From Eledone cirrhosa (Eukaryota), in NCBI GenBank assembly GCA_964016885.1, contig OZ024740.1, forward strand, positions 13,578,001-13,642,000: a stretch of DNA of 64,000 nt. The letters run 5' to 3'. This document shows positions 12,700-24,129 of the stretch, one piece after another. Each line of letters begins with the position of its first letter. The first letter of the stretch is position 1. A program made the translations under genes and the position numbers. The notes under the pieces are model-generated. The model was not told the DNA's origin. It worked only from the letters and a program-made list of their open reading frames with translations, and did not search any database.

Positions 12700-13640
12700 T
12701 GTTCTGGTAGTCAGACTGGTGTTCTGGTAGTCAGAATGGTGTTCTGGTAGTCAGAATGGTGTTCTGGTAGTCAGAATGATGTTCTGGTAGTCAAAATGGT
12801 GTTCTGGTAGTCAGAAAAGTGTTCTAGTAGTCAGAGTGGTGTTCTGGTAGTCAAAATGGTGTTCTGGTAGTCAGAATTGTGTTCTGATAGTCAAAATGGT
12901 GTTCTGGTAGTCAAAATGGTGTTCTGGTAGTCAGAATGGTGTTCTGGTAGTCAGAATGGTGTTCTGGTAGTCAGAATGGTGTTCTGGTAGTCAGAATGGT
13001 GTTCTGGTAGTCAAAATGGTGTTCTGGTAGTCAGAATGGTGTTCTGGTAGTCAAAATGGTGTTCTGGTAGTCAAAATGGTGTTCTGGTAGTCAGAATGGT
13101 GTTCTGGTAGTCAGAATGGTGTTCTGGTAGTCAGAATGGTGTTCTGGTATTCAGACTGATGTTCTGGTAGTCAGAATGGTGTTCTGGTAGTCAGACTGGT
13201 GTTCTGGTAGTCAGAATGGTGTTCTGGTAGTCAGAATGATGTTCTGGTAGTCAAAATGGTGTTCTGGTAGTCAGAAAAGTGTTCTAGTAGTCAGAGTGGT
13301 GTTCTGGTAGTCAAAATGGTGTTCTGGTAGTCAGAATTGTGTTCTGATAGTCAAAATGGTGTTCTGGTAGTCAAAATGGTGTTCTGGTAGTCAGAATGGT
13401 GTTCTGGTAGTCAGAATGGTGTTCTGGTAGTCAGAATGGTGTTCTGGTAGTCAGAATGGTGTTCTGGTAGTCAAAATGGTGTTCTGGTAGTCAGAATGGT
13501 GTTCTGGTAGTCAAAATGGTGTTCTGGTAGTCAAAATGGTGTTCTGGTAGTCAGAATGGTGTTCTGGTAGTCAGAATGGTGTTCTGGTAGTCAGAATGGT
13601 GTTCTGGTATTCAGACTGATGTTCTGGTAGTCAGAATGGT
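12700..13640. repeat. Tandem duplication, period 460 bp (23 monomers)
   Basis: Rare TCAGAAAAGT at 12811 and 13271; GTTCTGGTATTCAGACTGAT at 13141 and 13601. Confidence 0.85.
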
Positions 13641-14829
13641 GTTCTGGTAGTCAGAATGGCGTTCTGGTAGTCAAAATGGTTTTATGGTAGTCAGAATGGT
13701 GTTCTGGTAGTCAGAATGGTGTTCTGGTAGTCAGAATGGTGTTCTGGTAGTCAGAATGGTGTTCTGGTAGTCAGACTGATGTTCTGGTAGTCAGAATGGT
13801 GTTCTGTTAGTCAGAATGGTGTTGTGGTAGTCAGAATGATGTTCTGATATTCAAAATGGTGTTCTGGTAGTCAGAATGGTGTTCTGGTAGTCAGAATGGT
13901 GTTCTGGTAGTCAGAATGGTGTTCTGGTAGTCAGAATGGTGTTCTGGTAGTCAGACTGATGTTCTGGTAGTCAGAATGGTGTTCTGGTAGTCAGAATGGT
14001 GTTCTGGTAGTCAAAATGGTGTTCTGGTAGTCAGAATGGTGTTCTGATAGTCAGAATGGTGTTCTGGTAGTCAGAATGGTGTTCTGGTAGTCAAAATGGT
14101 ATTCTGGTAGTCAGAATGGTGTTCTGGTAGTCAGAATGGTGTTCTGGTAGTCAAAATGGTGTTCTGTTAGTCAAAATGGTGTTCTGGTAGTCAGAAAGTT
14201 GTTCTGGTTGTCAGAATGGTGTTCTGGTAGTCAGAATGGTGTTCTGGCAGTCAGAATGGTGTTCTGGTAGTCAGAATGGTGTTCTGGTAGTCAGACTGGT
14301 GTTCTGGTAGTCAGAATGGTGTTCTGGTAGTCAGAATGGTGTTCTGGTAGTCAGAATGATGTTCTGGTAGTCAAAATGGTGTTCTGGTAGTCAGAATAGT
14401 GTTCTAGTAGTCAGAGTGGTGTTCTGGTAGTCAAAATGGTGTTCTGGTAGTCAGAATTGTGTTCTGATAGTCAAAATGGTGTTCTGGTAGTCAAAATGGT
14501 GTTCTGGTAGTCAGAATGGTGTTCTGGTAGTCAGAATGGTGTTCTGGTAGTCAGAATGGTGTTCTGGTAGTCAGAATGGTGTTCTGGTAGTCAAAATGGT
14601 GTTCTGGTAGTCAGAATGGTGTTCTGGTAGTCAAAATGGTGTTCTGGTAGTCAAAATGGTGTTCTGGTAGTCAGAATGGTGTTCTGGTAATCAGAATGGT
14701 GTTCTGGTAGTCAGAATGGTGTTCTGGTATTCAGACTGATGTTCTGGTAGTCAGAATGGTGTTCTGGTAGTCAGAATGGCGTTCTGGTAGTCAAAATGGA
14801 TTTATGGTAGTCAGAATGGTGTTCTGGTA

Positions 14830-15180
14830 GTCAGAATGGTGTTCTGGTAGTCAGAATGGTGTTTTGATAGTCAGAATGGTGTTCTGGTAGTCAGACTGAT
14901 GTTCTGGTAGTCAGAATGGTGTTCTGTTAGTCAGAATGGTGTTCTGGTAGTCAGAATGATTTTCTGGTAGTCAAAATGGTGTTCTGGTAGTCAGAATGGT
15001 GTTCTGGTAGTCAGAATGGTGTTCTGGTAGTCAAAATGGTGTTCTGGTAGTCAGAATGGTGTTTTGATAGTCAGAATGGTGTTCTGGTAGTCAGACTGAT
15101 GTTCTGGTAGTCAGAATGGTGTTCTGTTAGTCAGAATGGTGTTCTGGTAGTCAGAATGATTTTCTGGTAGTCAAAATGGT
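14830..15180. repeat. Tandem duplication, period 200 bp (10 monomers)
   Basis: GTTTTGATAG at 14861 and 15061; TCAGAATGATTTTCTGG at 14951 and 15151. Confidence 0.8.
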
Positions 15181-17999
15181 GTTCTGGTAGTCAAAATGGT
15201 GTTCTGGTAGTCAGAATGGTGTTCTGGTAGTCAGAATGGTGTTTTGGTAGTCAGAATGGTGTTCTGGTAGTCAAAATGGTGTTCTGGTAGTCAAAATGGT
15301 GTTCTGTTAGTCAGGATGGTGTTCTGGTAGTCAAAATGGTGTTTTGGTACTCAGAATGGTGTTCTGGTAGTCAGAATCGTGTTCTGGTAGTCAGAATGGT
15401 GTTCTGGTAGTCAGAATGGTGTTCTGGTAGACAGGATGGTGTTCTGGTAGTCAGAATGGTGTTCTGGTATACAAAATGGTGTTCTGGTAGTCAAAATGGT
15501 GTTCTGGTAGTCAGAATGGTGTTCTGGTAGACAGACTGGTGTTCTGGTAGTCAGACTGGTATTCTGGTAGTCAGACTGGTCTTCTGGTAGTCAGACTTGT
15601 TCTGATAGTCAGACTGGTGTTCTGGTAGTCAGAATGGTGTTCTGGTAGTCAGAATCGTGTTCTGGTAGTCAGAACGGTGTTCTGGTAGTCAGACTGGAGT
15701 TTTGGTATTCAGACTGGTGTTCTGGTAGTCAGATTGGTGTTCTGGTAATCAGAATGGTTCTGGTAGTCAGAATGGTGTTCTGGTAGTGAGAATGGTTCTG
15801 GTAGTCAGAATGGTTCTGGTAGTCAGAATGGTGTTCTGGTAGTCAGCCTGATGTTCTGGTCGACAGACTGGTGTTCTGGTAGTCAGACTGGTGTTCTGGT
15901 AGTCAGCCTGATGTTCTGGTAGACAGACTGGTGTTCTGGTAGTCAGCCTGATGTTCTGGTAGTCATATTGGTGTTCTGGTAGTCAGCCTGATGTTCTGGT
16001 AGTCAGAATGGTGTTCTGGTAGTCAGACTGATGTTCTGGTAGTCAGAATTGTGTTCTGGCAGTCAGAATGGTGTTCTAATAGTCAGAATGGTGTTCTGGT
16101 AGTCAGAATGGTGTTCTGGTAGTCAGAATGTTGTTCTGGTAGTCAGAATCGTGTTCTGGTAGTCAGAATGGTGTTCTGGTAGTCAGAATGGTGTTCTGGT
16201 AGTCAGAATGGTGTTCTGGTAGTCAGACTGATGTTTTGGTAGTCAGAATGGTGTTCTGGTAGTCCGAATAGTGTCCTGGTAGTCAGACTGGTGTTCTGGT
16301 AGTCAGACTAGTGTTCTGGTAGTCAGAATGGTGTTCTGGTAGTCAGAATGTTGTTCTGGTAGTCAGACTGGTGTTCTATTAGTCAGAATGGTGTTCTGGT
16401 AGTCAGCCTGATGTTCTGGTAGTCAGAATATTATTCTGGTAGTCAGACTGGTGTTCTGGTAGTCAGACTGGTGTTCTGGTAGTCAGAATGGTGTTCTGGT
16501 AGTCATAATTGTGTTCTGGTAGTCAGAATGGTGTTCTAGTAGTCAGAATGGTGTTCTGCTAGTCAGAATGGTGTTCTGGTAGTCAGAATGGTGTTCTGGT
16601 AGTCAGAATCGTGTTCTGGTAGTCAGAATGGTGTTCTGGTAGTCAGAATGGTGTTCTGTTAGTCAGAATGGTGTTCTGGTAGTCAGAATGGTGTTCTGGT
16701 AGTCAGACTGATGTTCTGGTAGTCAGAATGGTGTTCTGTTAGTCAGAATGGTGTTCTGGTAGTCAGAATGATGTTCTGGTAGTCAGAATCGTGTTCTGGT
16801 AGTCAAAATGGTGTTCTGGTAGTCAGAATGGTGTTCTGATAGTCAAAATGGTGTTCTGGTAGTCAAAATGGTGTTCTGGTAGTCAGAATGGTGTTCTGGT
16901 AGTCAGAATGGTGTTTTGGTAGTCAGAATGGTGTTCTGGTAGTCACAATGTTGTTCTGGTAGTCAAAATGGTGTTCTGGTAGTCAGACTGGTGTTCTGGT
17001 AGACAGACTGGTGTTCTAGTAGTCATTATGGTGTTCTGGTAGTCAGAATGGTGTTCTGGTAGTCAGAATGGTGTTCTGGTAGTCAGAATGGTGTTCTGGT
17101 AGTCAAAATGGTGTTCTGGTAGTCAAAATGGTGTTCTGGTAGTCAGAATGGTGTTCTGGTAGTCAGAATGGTGTTCTGGTAGTCAGAATGGTGTTCTGGT
17201 AGTCAGAATGGTGTTCTGTTAATCAGACTGATGTTCTGGTAGTCAGAATGGTGTTCTGGTAGTCAGAATGATGTTCTGGTAGTCAAAATGGTGTTCTGGT
17301 AGTCAGAATGGTGTTCTGATAGTCAGAATGGTGTTCTGGTAGTCAGAATGGTGTTCTGGTAGTCAAAATGGTGTTCTGGTAGTCAGAATGGTGTTCTGGT
17401 AGTCAGAATGGTGTTCTGGTAGTCAAAATGGTGTTCTGTTAGTCAAAATGGTGTTCTGGTAGTCAGAAAGGTGTTCTGGTTGTCAGAATGGTGTTCTGGT
17501 AGTCAGAATGGTGTTCTGGCAGTCAGAATGGTGTTCTGGTAGTCAGAATGATGTTCTGGTAGTCAAAATGGTGTTCTGGTAGTCAGATTAGTGTTCTAGT
17601 AGTCAGAGTGGTGTTCTGGTAGTCAAAATGGTGTTCTGGTAGTCAGAATTGTGTTCTGGTAGTCAAAATGGTGTTCTGGTAGTCAGAATGGTGTTCTGGT
17701 AGTCAGAATGGTGTTCTGGTAGTCAGAATGGTGTTCTGGTAGTCAGAATGGTGTTCTGGTAGTCAGAATGGTGTTCTGGTAGTCAAAATGGTGTTCTGGT
17801 AGTCAAAATGGTGTTCTGGTAGTCAGAATGGTGTTCTGGTAGTCAGAATGGTGTTCTGGTAGTCAGAATGGTGTTCTGGTAGTCAGAATGGTGTTCTGGT
17901 AGTCAGAATGGCGTTCTGGTAGTCAAAATGGTTTTATGGTAGTCAGAATGGTGTTCTGGTAGTCAGAATGGTGTTCTGGTAGTCAGAATGGTGTTCTGG

Positions 18000-20900
18000 T
18001 AGTCAAAATGGTGTTCTGGTAGTCAGAATGGTGTTCTGGTAGTCAGAATGGTGTTCTGGTAGTCAGAATGGTATTCTAGTAGTCAAAATGGTGTTCTGGT
18101 AGTCATAATGGTGTTCTGGTAGTCAGAATGGTGTTCTGGTAGTCAGAATGGTGTTCTGGTAGTCACAATGGTGTTCTGGTAGTCAGAATGTTTTTTCTGG
18201 TAGTCAAAATGGTGTTCTGGTAGTCAGAATGGTGTTCTGGTAGTCAGAATGGTGTTCTGGTAGTCAAAATGGTGTTCTGATAGTCACAATGGTGTTCTGG
18301 TAGTCAGACTGGTGTTCTGGTAGTCAGAATGGTGTTCTGGTAGTCAGAATAGTTCTGGTAGTCAGACTGATGTTCTGGTAGTCAGAATGGTGTTCTGGTA
18401 GTCAGACTGGTGTTCTGGTAGTCAGACTGGTGTTTTTGGTAGTCAGAATGGTGTTCTGGTAGTCAGAATGGTGTTCTGGTAGTCAGACTTATGTTCTGGT
18501 AGTCAGAATTTTGTTCTGGTAGTCAGAATGGTGTTCTAATAGTCAGAATGTTGTTCTGGTAGTCAGAATGGTGTTCTGGTAGTCAGAATGGTGTTCTGGT
18601 AGTCAGAATGGTGTTCTGTTAGTCAAAATGGTGTTCTGGTAGTCAAAATGGTGTTCTGGTAGTCAGAATGGTGTTCTGGTAGTCAGAATGGTGTTCTGGT
18701 AGTCAGAATGGTGTTCTGGTAGTCAAAATGGTGTTCTGGTATTCAAAATGGTGTTCTGATAGTCAGACTGGTGTTCTGGTAGTCAGACTGGTGTTCTAGT
18801 AGTCAGAATAGTTCTGGTAGTCAGACTGATGTTTTGGTAGTCAGAATGGTGTTCTGGTAGTCAGACTGGTGTTCTGGTAGTCAGACTGGTGTTCTGGTAG
18901 TCAAAATGGTGTTCTGGTAGTCAAAATGGTGTTCTGCTAGTCAGAATGGTGTTCTGGTAGTCAGACTGGTGTTCTAGTAGTCATAATGGTGTTCTGGTAG
19001 TCAGAATGGTGTTCTGGTAGTCAGACTGATGTTCTGGTAGTCAGAATGGTGTTCTGCTAGTCAGAATGGTGTTCTGGCAGTCAGACTGGTGTTCTGGTAG
19101 TGAGAATGGTGTTCTGGTAGTCAGAATGGTGTTCTGGTAGTCAGAATGGTGTTCTGGTAGTCAGAATGGTGTTCTGGTAGTCAGAATGGTGTTCTTGTAG
19201 TCAGACTGCTGTTCTGGTAGTCAGAATGGTGTTCTGGTAGTCAGACTGATGTTCTGGTAGTCAGACTGGTGTTCTGGTAGTCAGACTGGTGTTCTGGTAG
19301 TCAGACTGGTGTTCTGGTAGTCAGAATGGTGTTCTGGTAGTCAGAATGGTGTTCTGGTAGTCAGAATGGTGTTCTGGTAGTTAGAATGGATTTTCTGGTA
19401 GTCAGAATGGTGTTCTGGTAGTCCGAATGGTGTTCCGGTAGTCAGAATGGTGTTCTGGTAGTCAGACTGCTATTCTGGTAGTCAGACTGGTGTTCTGGTA
19501 GTCAGACTTGTTCTGGTAGTCAGACTAGTGTTCTGGTAGTCAGACTGGTGTTCTGGTAGTCAGAATGGTGTTCTGGTAGTTAGAATGGTTCTGGTAGTCA
19601 GAATGGTCTTCTGGTAGTCAGAATGGTGTTCTGGTAGTCAGACTGGTGTTCTGGTAGTCAGAATGGTGTTCTGGTAGTCAGCCTGGTGTTCTGGTAGTCA
19701 GACTGTTATTCTGGTAGTCAGACTGGTGTTCTGGTAGTCAGACTTGTTCTGGTAGTCAGACTAGTGTTCTGGCAGTCAGACTGGTGTTCTGGTAGTCAGA
19801 ATGGTGTTCTGGTAGTCAGAATTGTTCTGATAGTCAGAATGGTTCTGGTAGTCAGAATGGTTCTGGTAGTCAGAAGGGTGTTCTGGTAGTCAGAATGGTG
19901 TTCTGGTAGTCAGAATGGTGTTCTGGTAGTCAGACTGGTGCTATGGTAGTTACAATGGTGTTCTGGTAGTCAGAATGGTTCTGGTAGTGAGAATGGTGTT
20001 CTGGTAGTCAGAATGGTGTTCTGGTAGTCAGAATGGTGTTCTGGTAGTCAGAATGGTTCTGGTAGTGAGAATGGTGTTCTGGTAGTCAGAATGGTCTTCT
20101 GGTAGTCAGAATGGTGTTCTGCTAGTCAGAATGGTGTTCTGGTAGTCAGACTGGTGTTCTGGTAGTCAGAATGGTGTTCTGGTAGTCAGAATGGTGTTCT
20201 GGTAGTCAGAATGGTTCTGGTAGTGAGAATGGTGTTCTGGTAGTCAGAATGGTGTTCTGGTAGTCAGAATGGTGTTCTGGTAGTCAGAATGGTGTTCTGG
20301 TAGTCAGACTGGTGTTCTGGTAGTCAGAATGGTGTTCTGGTAGTCAGACTGATGTTCTGATAGTCAGACTGGTGTTCTGGTAGTCAGACTGGTGTTCTGG
20401 TAGTCAGAATGGTGTTCTGGTAGTCAGAATGGTTCTGGTAGTCAGAATGGTTTTCTGGTAGTCAGAATGGTGTTGTGGTAGTCAGAATGGTGTTCTGGTA
20501 GTCAGAATGGTCTTCTGGTAGTCAGAATGGTTCTGGTAGTCAGAATGGTGTTCTGGTAGTCAGAATGGTGTTCTGGTAGTCAGAATGGTTCTGGTAGTCA
20601 GAATGGTTCTGGTAGTCAGAATGGTGTTCTGGTAGTCAGAATGGTGTTGTGGTAGTCAGAATGGTGTTCTGGTAGTCAGAATGGTTCTGGTAGTCAGAAA
20701 GGTTCTGGTAGTCAGAAAGGTGTTCTGGTAGTCAGAATGGTGTTCTGGTAGTCAGAATGGTGTTCTGGTATACAGACTTGTGTTCTGGTAATCAGACTGG
20801 TGTTCATGTAGTCAGAATGGTGTTCTGGTAGTCAGACTGGTGTTCTCGTAGTCAGACTGGTGTTCTGGTAGTCAGAATGGTGTTCTGGTAGTCAGAATGG

Positions 20901-21060
20901 TGTTCTGGTAGTCAGAATGATATTCTTGTAGTCAGAATGGTGTTCTGGTAGTCAGAATGGTGTTCCGGTAGTCAGAATAGTGTTATGGTAATCAGAATGG
21001 TGTTCTAGTAGTCAGAAGGGTTCTGGTAGTCAGAATGGTGTTCTGGTAGTCAGAATGGTG
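18000..21060. repeat. Dispersed copy of block ~2110-5190 (offset 15892 bp)
   Basis: AGAATGTTTTTTCT at 2293 and 18185; TATACAGACTTGTG at 4877 and 20769. Confidence 0.85.
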
Positions 21061-24000
21061 TTCTGCTAGTCAGAATGATTTTCTGGTAGTCAAAATGGTG
21101 TTCTGGTAGTCAGAATGGTGTTCTGGTAGTCAGAATGGTGTTCTGGTAGTCAAAATGGTGTTCTGGTAGTCAGAATGGTGTTCTGATAGTCAAAATGGTG
21201 TTCTGGTAGTCAAAATGGTGTTCTGGTAGTCAGAATGGTGTTCTGGTAGTCAGAATGGTGTTTTGGTAGTCAGAATGGTGTTCTGGTAGTCAAAATGGTG
21301 TTCTGGTAGTCAAAATGGTGTTCTGGTAGTCAGACTGGTGTTCTGGTAGTCAGACTGGTGTTCTAGTAGTCATTATGGTGTTCTGGTAGTCAGAATGGTG
21401 TTCTGGTAGTCAGAATGGTGTTCTGGTAGTCAGAATGGTGTTCTGGTAGTCAAAATGGTGTTCTGGTAGTCAGAATGGTGTTCTGGTAGTCAGAATGGTG
21501 TTCTGGTAGTCAGAATGGTGTTCTGGTAGTCAGACTGATGTTCTGGTAGTCAGAATGGTGTTCTGGTAGTCAGAATGGTGTTCTGGTAGTCAAAATGGTG
21601 TTCTGGTAGTCAGAATGGTGTTCTGGTAGTCAGAATGGTGTTCTAGTAGTCAGAATGGTGTTCTGGTAGTCAAAATGGTGTTCTGTTAGTCAGGATGGTG
21701 TTCTGGTAGTCAAAATGGTGTTTTGGTACTCAGAATGGTGTTCTGGTAGTCAGAATCGTGTTCTGGTAGTCAGAATGGTGTTCTGGTAGTCAGAATGGTG
21801 TTCTGGTAGACAGGATGGTGTTCTGGTAGTCAGAATGGTGTTCTGGTATACAAAATGGTGTTCTGGTAGTCAAAATGGTGTTCTGGTAGTCAGAATGGTG
21901 TTCTGGTAGACAGACTGGTGTTCTGGTAGTCAGACTTGTTCTGATAGTCAGACTGGTGTTCTGGTAGTCAGAATGGTGTTCTGGTAGTCAGAATGGTGTT
22001 CTGGTACTCAGAACGGTGTTCTGGTAGTCAGACTGGAGTTTTGGTATTCAGACTGGTGTTCTGGTAGTCAGATTGGTGTTCTGGTAATCAGAATGGTTCT
22101 GGTAGTCAGAATGGTTCTGGTAGTCAGAATGGTGTTCTGGTAGTCAGCCTGATGTTCTGGTCGACAGACTGGTGTTCTGGTAGTCAGACTGGTGTTCTGG
22201 TAGTCAGCCTTATGTTCTGGTAGACAGACTGGTGTTCTGGTAGTCAGCCTGATGTTCTGGTAGTCATATTGGGGTTCTGGTAGTCAGCCTGATGTTCTGG
22301 TAGTCAGAATGGTGTTCTGGTAGTCAGACTGATGTTCTGGTAGTCAGAATTGTGTTCTGGCAGTCAGAATGGTGTTCTAATAGTCAGAATGGTGTTCTGG
22401 TAGTCAGAATGGTGTTCTGGTAGTCAGAATGTTGTTCTGGTAGTCAGAATCGTGTTCTGGTAGTCAGAATGGTGTTCTGGTAGTCAGAATGGTGTTCTGG
22501 TAGTCAGAATGGTGTTCTGGTAGTCAGAATGGTGTCCTGGTAGTCAGACTGGTGTTCTGGTAGTCAGACTAGTGTTCTGGTAGTCAGAATGGTGTTCTGG
22601 TAGTCAGAATGTTGTTCTGGTAGTCAGACTGGTGTTCTATTAGTCAGAATGGTGTTCTGGTAGTCAGCCTGATGTTCTGGTAGTCAGAATATTATTCTGG
22701 TAGTCAGACTGGTGTTCTGGTAGTCAGACTGGTGTTCTGGTAGTCAGAATGGTGTTCTGGTAGTCATAATTGTGTTCTGGTAGTCAGAATGGTGTTCTAG
22801 TAGTCAGAATGGTGTTCTGCTAGTCAGAATGGTGTTCTGGTAGTCAGAATGGTGTTCTGGTAGTCAGAATCGTGTTCTGGTAGTCACAATGGTGTTCTGG
22901 TAGTCAGACTTGTTCTGGTAGTCAGACTAGTGTTCTGGTAGTCATACTGGTGTTCTGGTAGTCAGAATGGTGTTCTGGCAGTCAGAATGGTTCTGGTAGT
23001 CAGAATGGTTCTGGTAGTCAGAAGGGTGTTCTGGTAGTCAGAATGGTGTTCTGGTAGTCAGAATGGTGTTCTGGTAGTCAGAATGGTGTTCTGGTAGTCA
23101 AAATGGTGTTCTGGTAGTCAAAATGGTGTTCTGGTAGTCAGAATGGTGTTCTGGTAGTCAGAATGGTGTTCTGGTAGTCAGAATGGTGTTCTGGTAGTCA
23201 GAATGGTGTTCTGTTAATCAGACTGATGTTCTGGTAGTCAGAATGGTGTTCTGGTAGTCAGAATGATGTTCTGGTAGTCAAAATGGTGTTCTGGTAGTCA
23301 GAATGGTGTTCTGATAGTCAGAATGGTGTTCTGGTAGTCAGAATGGTGTTCTGGTAGTCAAAATGGTGTTCTGGTAGTCAGAATGGTGTTCTGGTAGTCA
23401 GAATGGTGTTCTGGTAGTCAAAATGGTGTTCTGTTAGTCAAAATGGTGTTCTGGTAGTCAGAAAGGTGTTCTGGTTGTCAGAATGGTGTTCTGGTAGTCA
23501 GAATGGTGTTCTGGCAGTCAGAATGGTGTTCTGGTAGTCAGACTGGTGTTCTGGTAGTCAGAATGGTGTTCTGGTAGTCAGAATGGTGTTCTGGTAGTCA
23601 GAATGATGTTCTGGTAGTCAAAATGGTGTTCTGGTAGTCAGAATAGTGTTCTAGTAGTCAGAGTGGTGTTCTGGTAGTCAAAATGGTGTTCTGGTAGTCA
23701 GAATTGTGTTCTGGTAGTCAAAATGGTGTTCTGGTAGTCAGAATGGTGTTCTGGTAGTCAGAATGGTGTTCTGGTAGTCAGAATGGTGTTCTGGTAGTCA
23801 GAATGGTGTTCTGGTAGTCAAAATGGTGTTCTGGTAGTCAAAATGGTGTTCTGGTAGTCAGAATGGTGTTCTGGTAGTCAGAATGGTGTTCTGGTAGTCA
23901 GAATGGTGTTCTGGTAGTCAGAATGGTGTTCTGGTAGTCAGAATGGCGTTCTGGTAGTCAAAATGGTTTTATGGTAGTCAGAATGGTGTTCTGGTAGTCA

Positions 24001-24129
24001 GAATGGTGTTCTGGTAGTCAGAATGGTGTTCTGGTAGTCAAAATGGTGTTCTGGTAGTCAGAATGGTGTTCTGGTAGTCAGAATGGTGTTCTGGTAGTCA
24101 GAATGGTGTTCTAGTAGTCAAAATGGTGT

